IMG/VR virus record: IMGVR_UViG_3300048033_001554
Span: 1-64,000 of that record
Source: a virus
Direction: 5' to 3' (one strand)
DNA length: 64,000 nt
Positions 58,047-64,000 of the stretch are shown one piece after another; the stretch's first letter is position 1, and every line of letters starts with the position of its first letter. The position numbers and the translations under genes were made by a program. The notes beneath the pieces were generated by a model. It was not told the origin of the DNA and made no database searches. It was given only the letters and a program-made list of their open reading frames with translations.

Positions 58047-58372
58047 TCCATTTCCTCCGGTTTAAAGCGATCATCAACGTCAGTGCCTTGCATTTCGCAC
58101 ATAACTAAAATCATAAGTTGTGTAAGAGCATGGTGTGTATGAGGAAGACCACTTTCGGGATCAGTATCCTCGCCACTAAACCAAGCCAATAGATGACGTT
58201 GAATAGAACCATAGTGACGTGAATAAGGAAACTTATTTAGATCCTTACGCCAATTGTTTTCACCATACTTTTGAGCACCAAAAGCATAAACTTGCGAAGC
58301 CGCAAGGATTACTTCTGGTGGAACAAGGTTAACAGGTGGTTTGCCATTATCAAATTTCATTATTTTCTCCAA
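58043..58372 (-). CDS. DUF5664-like dNTP diphosphohydrolase
   Basis: KFDNGKP..LVP, GAQKYGENNW, RHLLAW..GEDTDPESGLPH..HA motifs. Confidence 0.8.
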   Translation of the reverse strand: MEKIMKFDNGKPPVNLVPPEVILAASQVYAFGAQKYGENNWRKDLNKFPYSRHYGSIQRHLLAWFSGEDTDPESGLPHTHHALTQLMILVMCEMQGTDVDDRFKPEEME

Positions 58373-59181
58373 GTTGAAATATCTTTAGAATTATCATATA
58401 TGATTTTAGATTGTTCTGGAGTCATTATAAACTGCTTAAGACAGCTTGTCAACGGATAATTCCGCAACTTGTTGCCTTTGTTATTATAAACGTAATTATA
58501 GCAAGTTTTATGATTAACACAAAGATAAGCTACAGCAAGATCGGTTTCCTTATGAGGAACTCTAATAAAGAAAAGTATGTCAACGCCATCAAGTTTTTTC
58601 CATTGAGATTGATCAATCCAAAAACCTTGCTCTCTTTGGTTCAACTGAATTGTTTTAAGCTCGTAAGTAAGCTCGCCAATCATGCCATCTTTTTTGCTGT
58701 CATACCAGTCTTCAGAACGTTCGGCTCCGTAAAACTTTTCTATAGCCATTTCGCCGATGTCACCAATTTTTACCGCGGTGGTTTCTTTTGGCATTGACGG
58801 TGTATCTACAAATCCTACTACAGGAATAGTACCCTTTTCTGTAACTTCAAATTTCTTACTATAGAGCTTAAACAAACCATTGCGATGCATTAGTAATGTT
58901 GGAAACCACGGATATCCACTTGAGTTCTTAGCAATTACATTTTTTACTGTAGAATGGCGTTGAATATCAGACCAGCTAGAATATTCTGCGACTATTTTGC
59001 CTTTTTGCAAAACTCGCAAAGGCTTATTAGACATTTTCCAGTATTTATCCTGCCCACGGTGATAGTGAAAAATATTAGAAACTTCCGCCGCGGTCAACGG
59101 AAGTTCCAGTTCAAAGTATGCTGTTTCAACAAGATCTTCAAGCATTTTTTGTGTTCCAGTTTTTTTCAAATTGAGTTTCAA
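58360..59181 (-). CDS. Hypothetical protein with possible C-terminal PD-(D/E)xK nuclease domain (start uncertain)
   Basis: GDIGE...KDG...YELKT arrangement in the C-terminal half. Confidence 0.5.
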   Translation of the reverse strand: MKLNLKKTGTQKMLEDLVETAYFELELPLTAAEVSNIFHYHRGQDKYWKMSNKPLRVLQKGKIVAEYSSWSDIQRHSTVKNVIAKNSSGYPWFPTLLMHRNGLFKLYSKKFEVTEKGTIPVVGFVDTPSMPKETTAVKIGDIGEMAIEKFYGAERSEDWYDSKKDGMIGELTYELKTIQLNQREQGFWIDQSQWKKLDGVDILFFIRVPHKETDLAVAYLCVNHKTCYNYVYNNKGNKLRNYPLTSCLKQFIMTPEQSKIIYDNSKDISTWRK

Positions 59182-59413
59182 AGTGATAGTTATTAGAATT
59201 AAGATTCCAAAAACCAGGACAGGATTTTTGTTGTCTGTTGAAATACCAATATTTGATCAAATCTTTAAGTTTAGGTGATTTTGTATTGATATGACATTTC
59301 TCAAGAATTTGAAATAGTTGGTTGAGTTGCGATTCACAGGTTTTATTTTGAGGATTAAGTGTAGCGATGAGATAAGCACCGTCAAAGTCGTGACTGAGTT
59401 TAGAATTTAACAT
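59138..59413 (-). CDS. Hypothetical protein
   Basis: 91-aa ORF with an AAGGAG RBS and an upstream promoter. Confidence 0.6.
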   Translation of the reverse strand: MLNSKLSHDFDGAYLIATLNPQNKTCESQLNQLFQILEKCHINTKSPKLKDLIKYWYFNRQQKSCPGFWNLNSNNYHFETQFEKNWNTKNA

Positions 59414-59437
59414 TGTTGTTTCTCCTTAACAGGATAT

Positions 59438-59466
59438 TTTATAACACATTTAAAAACGTTTGTCAA
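59438..59466 (-). promoter_or_regulatory. Sigma70-like early promoter
   Basis: TTGACA-N17-TATAAA with extended TG. Confidence 0.6.
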
Positions 59467-60110
59467 CCGCAAAGTTCATTTTGCCATTCTTTAGGCAGGT
59501 TGTTAATAGCTTTTTTCCAACAACGAAGAATGCCGTTTACAAGAGTATCGTAAGCTTCTTCGTAAGAACGTTCAATAGCGTTAGAAGCTTTCTCTTTAGT
59601 CCAGTTGATTTGTAAACAATTAGCAATATTAGCATTTTCGCCGTAATTAGCAATCTGCTTAGCACCACGTACCATTACATTAGAAGAGTCTTTTTTATCT
59701 ACAGACAAAAACCAGTAGTCTTTATTTGGAATATCTGCTTTGTTTTCGTTTATCAAATCAACATACTTTTTCCATCCCATCGCAAATGGAATTTGATCAA
59801 AATCTAGATCAGTAAGAGCATAAACAAAACCACCTTTAGAAGTAGCGTTATCAGAACTACCAATAGATGTTTTGATATTAACAGGATGAGTAGTTACACC
59901 ATCATAGTCGATCACAAACATATCAGCCGAGTGGCGTGGCTTTTCAGTATCGATATGTTTACTGAGTGTAGGATGTGATTGAAGAAAACGAATTACTGAA
60001 CCTTCATCCTGAAGAGAAGCTACGCGACCTTCACCTTCAATTTTTTCAGCAATTTTGATTTTTTCTTCTTTAAGAGCTGCTACAACGTCAATTAAGATTT
60101 GTGGTGTCAT
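59463..60110 (-). CDS. Restriction-endonuclease-like hypothetical protein
   Basis: E...ADMFV...PVNIKTS resembles a PD-(D/E/N)xK active site; ATG at 60110 chosen from promoter and RBS position. Confidence 0.5.
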   Translation of the reverse strand: MTPQILIDVVAALKEEKIKIAEKIEGEGRVASLQDEGSVIRFLQSHPTLSKHIDTEKPRHSADMFVIDYDGVTTHPVNIKTSIGSSDNATSKGGFVYALTDLDFDQIPFAMGWKKYVDLINENKADIPNKDYWFLSVDKKDSSNVMVRGAKQIANYGENANIANCLQINWTKEKASNAIERSYEEAYDTLVNGILRCWKKAINNLPKEWQNELCG

Positions 60111-60139
60111 AATATAATATTCCTTTTGTTGATAAATCA

Positions 60140-60167
60140 ATTATACCATACAATCAGAGTTTGTCAA
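60140..60167 (-). promoter_or_regulatory. Sigma70-like early promoter
   Basis: TTGACA-N16-TATAAT with extended TG. Confidence 0.7.
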
Positions 60168-60174
60168 CTGTTTT

Positions 60175-60408
60175 TTAGTAGTATTTTTTCTTCCAAGCAG
60201 AACCAACAGTAGCAAGACCACTACCGGACAAATACACTTGCCACATGATACGAGACACTTCAGCTGAGTTCGGAGCCTTAGAGATGTCGTACTGAAGACG
60301 TTCTAGAACACGCTGCTTAGTCTTCTTTGGATCTATTAGGTTCACTGCAGCAAAGCGAGCTTCATTCAGAGGTAGCTTATCTAGCTTTTGTAGCATGTTC
60401 ATATCCAT
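60175..60408 (-). CDS. Hypothetical protein
   Basis: ORF starting MDMNMLQ, coupled to the upstream small ORF by TAATG. Confidence 0.65.
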   Translation of the reverse strand: MDMNMLQKLDKLPLNEARFAAVNLIDPKKTKQRVLERLQYDISKAPNSAEVSRIMWQVYLSGSGLATVGSAWKKKYY

Positions 60409-60530
60409 TAGTCTTCTCCAATCCAAATATTCAAGTGAGCGATAGTTTCATCTTTACGAGTTACTACATAATCCAAACCAGCTTTTCTTAACGCTGCTTT
60501 GAGCTTTTCGAGTTTTTCGTTATCAGACAT
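60408..60530 (-). CDS. Small hypothetical protein (40 aa)
   Basis: Not in the ORF track; MSDNEKLEKLKAALRKAGLDYVVTRKDETIAHLNIWIGED with an AGGA RBS, fills the gap. Confidence 0.6.
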   Translation of the reverse strand: MSDNEKLEKLKAALRKAGLDYVVTRKDETIAHLNIWIGED

Positions 60531-60538
60531 TGATTATC

Positions 60539-60793
60539 CTATCGTGTGTAAACGTAAACGTCAGCAGTAGTAGCCATACCAAGTGGCAAAGACTGATGGA
60601 AGCGACGTGAAGGGCGAGGACCGCGACCTTGAAGTTTTACATACATTTGATCACTAAACAATCTGTTGCTTTGCTTAACAAGCTGACGAAGCTCTGCAAC
60701 CAATTCTGCATCTTTTCCAACTGGACGACCGTCTTTCATTTCAACAGTAAAACGGTAAGCATCTGAGGTGCGGTTTGTAGAAGTGAATTTCAT
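60539..60793 (-). CDS. Hypothetical early protein
   Basis: 84-aa basic ORF (YVKLQGRGPR) behind a promoter cassette. Confidence 0.7.
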   Translation of the reverse strand: MKFTSTNRTSDAYRFTVEMKDGRPVGKDAELVAELRQLVKQSNRLFSDQMYVKLQGRGPRPSRRFHQSLPLGMATTADVYVYTR

Positions 60794-60823
60794 GATGTAT
60801 TCCTTATTTGATTTGATAAGACT

Positions 60824-60852
60824 ATATTATATCATACTAGAACGAATGTCAA
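60824..60852 (-). promoter_or_regulatory. Early promoter cassette
   Basis: TTGACA-N17-TAATAT followed by TCTTATCAAATCAAATAAGG. Confidence 0.7.
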
Positions 60853-60865
60853 CAGTTAATTTCAT

Positions 60866-61042
60866 TTAATTTGAAATATTTTTTGTAACACTCTTAGTTG
60901 CATTTGATTTAGTACTGCATTTTTCACAGTAGTGATACTTATCTTCGTGTTTAATGCCGGTGGCAATGATAACATCACATCCGTTACAGAGCAATGCACC
61001 ACGACCTCCATTAAATTTCACTTGTGCTTTTTTGAAACTCAT
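60866..61042 (-). CDS. Small zinc-ribbon-like protein (58 aa)
   Basis: Not in the ORF track; MSFKKAQVKFNGGRGALLCNGC...HYCEKC, with an ATGA overlap to the upstream gene. Confidence 0.6.
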   Translation of the reverse strand: MSFKKAQVKFNGGRGALLCNGCDVIIATGIKHEDKYHYCEKCSTKSNATKSVTKNISN

Positions 61043-61302
61043 CCTTTCATACCCAACTTCATAAACTCAGTTGCCTCATCGGCAGTTACACCTGAAGTTT
61101 TAAGAATATCTTGAACCTTTGAAGGACCAAAGATAGCTCCTACACGAGTAAGAGTATCGCCAAAAGAAGCCATTCGATTGTAACGACCAATTTCAGCATC
61201 CTTCAAACCTTTCATAGGAGTGGTTGCTGCGATATCCATTAGACGACGGCCAATGCCAGCAAGTTTGATTTCGTTTGGAGTTGGATCATAGTAGCTTTTC
61301 AT
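61039..61302 (-). CDS. Hypothetical early protein
   Basis: MKSYYDPTPNE...; ATG at 61302 lies after the promoter and an AAGGTG RBS. Confidence 0.7.
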   Translation of the reverse strand: MKSYYDPTPNEIKLAGIGRRLMDIAATTPMKGLKDAEIGRYNRMASFGDTLTRVGAIFGPSKVQDILKTSGVTADEATEFMKLGMKG

Positions 61303-61332
61303 AATGTTCACCTTTTTTGATTTGATAAGATA

Positions 61333-61361
61333 ATTATAAACAATTTGAGAGTGAATGTCAA
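61333..61361 (-). promoter_or_regulatory. Early promoter cassette
   Basis: Perfect TTGACA-N17-TATAAT followed by TATCTTATCAAATCAAAAAAGGTG. Confidence 0.8.
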
Positions 61362-61380
61362 CGGTTATTTTCAATTATTT

Positions 61381-61602
61381 TCAATTAATTTCTTCTACAG
61401 TAACTCGGTAAGATTTGCCATTAAAATCAGTGACTACAATGGTCCTCTTAGTAGACAGAAAGTAACCTTCAGTAGGATGTAGATCCATAGATGGATTACC
61501 TACATGTTCTAGAATAGCGTCTCCGGTGCTCTCTGCATCAATCATTTCACGCTTTAGCAGTACACTAATGATATCTGCAATGTAATCACAATATGCTAAC
61601 AT
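61381..61602 (-). CDS. Hypothetical protein
   Basis: 73-aa ORF, co-oriented and tightly packed. Confidence 0.65.
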   Translation of the reverse strand: MLAYCDYIADIISVLLKREMIDAESTGDAILEHVGNPSMDLHPTEGYFLSTKRTIVVTDFNGKSYRVTVEEIN

Positions 61603-61604
61603 AA

Positions 61605-61979
61605 TTAAGCCGCCATCTTAGGGTTAAAGGAAAATGCTACGAAACCAACCGGAGCAACCACTGCGCATTGACCTTCTTCGTCAACAATGACATCACCAAC
61701 AGACAAGGAAGACATACGAGACAGACGTTCGATGTTTTCTTCTGGACCAATATTGCCAACTTCGAAGCAATCGTTATAGTCATTGGCTGTGATGTTTGCA
61801 ACATGAGTGTAAAGGCCGGTTTCAAATGCGTCAGAAGCAATACCACCAATTTTGTGGCCATCAAAGTCCATCATCATTTTCAATTTGGCTGATTGAGCTG
61901 GGACAGCATCATGGCCTTCAGCATTTATAAGGTCGATTTGAGCTTCTGTCAGCTGGATCTGGTAAATTGCAAATTTCAT
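61605..61979 (-). CDS. YodL-like domain protein
   Basis: FAIYQI...MSSLSVGDVIV motif. Confidence 0.55.
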   Translation of the reverse strand: MKFAIYQIQLTEAQIDLINAEGHDAVPAQSAKLKMMMDFDGHKIGGIASDAFETGLYTHVANITANDYNDCFEVGNIGPEENIERLSRMSSLSVGDVIVDEEGQCAVVAPVGFVAFSFNPKMAA

Positions 61980-62009
61980 GTTTGACACCTTTTTTCATTT
62001 GATAAGATA

Positions 62010-62038
62010 ATTATATATCATCTAAAAACGAATGTCAA
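62010..62038 (-). promoter_or_regulatory. Early promoter cassette
   Basis: Perfect TTGACA-N17-TATAAT followed by TATCTTATCAAATGAAAAAAGGTG. Confidence 0.8.
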
Positions 62039-62047
62039 CAACTTTTT

Positions 62048-63139
62048 TCATTTTATTTCAAGTTTTTTAGTATGTTTTAAGCTATTTTTCCATCTGCCAT
62101 TTCTTTTGTTACATGTCTGTGCACAAACTCTGAATGGAACACTACTCCAAGATTCTTCTATATGCTTAAACAAACCAGCGTTAAGAATATCTGTGATATC
62201 GTGTTTAGTTACATTATTGAATTCTCGGTCTAGTTTTAGCTCAGTGTAAAGCTTTTTAGAAAGCAATCCTTCTGTATTCTTTAAGACATCACTTTGGACT
62301 TCTTGCCCTATCCAACAACAAGGCCACAATTTCTTTTCAGCGGACAAGTAAACCATAGCATCTTGATCTGCTTGACATTGAATATCAGCTGTAATATCAT
62401 AGCTTTCGTCATATGTTTTGGGATATTGCGGTTGAAAATCCCTAACGGTGTCATTTCGCCTGTGCTTATAGTTATCTTCGATCGCTGACGCAGGTTCTAA
62501 AGAGTATTCTGGTTTGTGCTTCTTATCATATACTATAAGATCCTTGGTGCCCCATCTCATAGACACCCTAGATTTAAATTGTTTAAATCCATATTGCTTC
62601 GCAAGTTCACGGCATTCTTGTTCTTGGTGCTCATTATGTTTAAAGATGGTCATAGCCCAATTCGCCTCTCCACCTGCGTCTATGTAGGCTTTAGCATTTT
62701 TCATTACAACACTAAATAACGTATTTCTTCTGTATAAATGATGCGTATCTTCGAGACCATCTATACCAAATTCTACATTGACGTTATGTTGTTTACCTAA
62801 CCAAGCCCAAAAATCTGTAGATAAAGCTCCACCATTTGTGTTAATTTTTATACGCATACTACGATTTAATAAAACTTCAATTAATCCTTTTGGATTTGAA
62901 TGTTTAACTATATCTCCAAAATTTCCATTTACTACTACAGTAAAAACATTAGAAAAATATTCGTGGTCAAGAACCTTTTCTAGCTCTTCTGTAGACCACT
63001 CATTTATTTCTAATCCTGGCATTGTTTTAAAAAAAGTATCATAAGTTCTTGGGCACTGAGGGCATCGAGCATTACATCCGCTAGTAGGCTCTAAGTGTAT
63101 AGTTCTAATAAGCCTTTTGTATATTCCATAATCAACCAT
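62048..63139 (-). CDS. Radical SAM protein with SPASM/twitch-like C-terminal Cys cluster
   Basis: CNARCPQC (CxxxCxxC), NTNGG, GIDG, then C...WPCCW...VCAQTC. Confidence 0.88.
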   Translation of the reverse strand: MVDYGIYKRLIRTIHLEPTSGCNARCPQCPRTYDTFFKTMPGLEINEWSTEELEKVLDHEYFSNVFTVVVNGNFGDIVKHSNPKGLIEVLLNRSMRIKINTNGGALSTDFWAWLGKQHNVNVEFGIDGLEDTHHLYRRNTLFSVVMKNAKAYIDAGGEANWAMTIFKHNEHQEQECRELAKQYGFKQFKSRVSMRWGTKDLIVYDKKHKPEYSLEPASAIEDNYKHRRNDTVRDFQPQYPKTYDESYDITADIQCQADQDAMVYLSAEKKLWPCCWIGQEVQSDVLKNTEGLLSKKLYTELKLDREFNNVTKHDITDILNAGLFKHIEESWSSVPFRVCAQTCNKRNGRWKNSLKHTKKLEIK

Positions 63140-63159
63140 TTGTACGCCTATATTTGATT

Positions 63160-64000
63160 TTAACCAAAAGCTTCTACTCTATCTATGATATTGTAGTTGC
63201 ATAAATTTTTTATAATTTTTGTATAGCTCTCGTTTGTATCAATAAACGCAACTGGAATATTTCCAATAGCATTCTTAGGATCGCCTTTAGTAAAACCCAG
63301 AGCAGTAAGATAATTGTTATTTTGATCCCACCAATTATTCATTCCTTCTAAGAATTTATTAACGTTGTCTTCTTGCCTATTATGAAAGTAAGCGGTGAAA
63401 TCTGGGCTATACCATCTTAGTGGACGAATATTATCTTCGCCAACTACGTCGTCGCCATCTTTAAACACATCATATAAAGGCTTTCCTACTTCACAATAGT
63501 TTATATAGACTTCTCCAAATTTTCTTTTTAGAGTGAACAACTCATAATCTGAATCTTGTAGATTCAATCTATTTCTGTTATTGAATGTTACAACTATTCT
63601 TGGGTAATAACTAGTCTTGCTTTGAAAAGCATTTGCGTAATAATTTTCAGCTCTATGTATTATTACGTTGTATCTTTCTAAAGCTATTTTTTGAGCATCG
63701 TCGCATTCCATAAAAAAGTCAGAAGGTAGCAGAGTGCTACCTCTTAGGTTTTCAAAATAATGGTGTAAATGATTTAGCTGCTCTTGAGGCATACCAACAT
63801 ATGCTTCATGATGAATTACTTTTTTGTTTTTGTTTATTGTGCTAATACAAGAATTTAATTCTTCAACCAGTCTTTCTTCAGTCCATTCACCAGAAGGAAA
63901 ATTATACATTCTATCCGGTTCTTTTGCAGTATTATCTTTTTCAATTACTTGCTCTTTTAAACATTGAAACCATCTAATTGCAATGTCGGTATTGTAAACA
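63160..64000 (-). CDS. Hypothetical protein, partial (true start probably beyond the right edge)
   Basis: The frame of the 249-aa ORF stays open upstream of 63909 to the window end (VYNTDIAIRWFQCLKEQ...). Confidence 0.65.
   Translation of the reverse strand, partial: VYNTDIAIRWFQCLKEQVIEKDNTAKEPDRMYNFPSGEWTEERLVEELNSCISTINKNKKVIHHEAYVGMPQEQLNHLHHYFENLRGSTLLPSDFFMECDDAQKIALERYNVIIHRAENYYANAFQSKTSYYPRIVVTFNNRNRLNLQDSDYELFTLKRKFGEVYINYCEVGKPLYDVFKDGDDVVGEDNIRPLRWYSPDFTAYFHNRQEDNVNKFLEGMNNWWDQNNNYLTALGFTKGDPKNAIGNIPVAFIDTNESYTKIIKNLCNYNIIDRVEAFG

Noticed and set aside
58043-58372. Evidence for a 2-aminoadenine (Z) genome from the dATP/dGTP hydrolase-like gene
   Set aside because: No PurZ in the window, and the context is cytosine modification.

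Overview
The whole window is a gene-dense segment of a large T4-like myophage genome; no tRNA, rRNA, CRISPR array, integrase or transposase was seen. Bases 1-41.2 kb (minus strand) form a late virion block: tail fibres, including a 1711-aa G-X-Q collagen-like fibre and a 3272-aa repeat protein, a VrlC/DUF4815-like protein, baseplate genes gp8, gp9/10-like, gp7, gp6, gp25, gp5, hub, gp53 and gp48, plus S8 and M15 peptidases. Bases 41.3-46 kb (plus strand) carry gp4, gp2, gp54, gp26, gp51 and a tape-measure-like gene. Bases 46-64 kb (minus strand) carry replication and early genes: hsp20, dUTPase, regA, gp62, gp44, gp45, a DNA-modification operon and small ORFs behind repeated sigma70-type promoters. 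T4 late promoters (TATAAATA) precede several late genes. The best candidate for a new system is the 50.9-58.4 kb cytosine hypermodification operon. It combines a gp42 dCMP hydroxymethylase, a T4 alpha-glucosyltransferase homologue, a HAD-phosphatase/kinase fusion, a cytidylyltransferase, a C5-methyltransferase-fold enzyme with altered SAM motifs and a second glycosyltransferase; the glucosyltransferase and methyltransferase homologues both end in a sliding-clamp-binding-like motif. Other notable signals are 11 phycobiliprotein-like CxRD repeats in a virion protein, a ROSE-like RNA thermometer before hsp20, and a slippery site that could fuse gp26 to gp51. All protein calls come from recognising motifs by eye, not from database searches.
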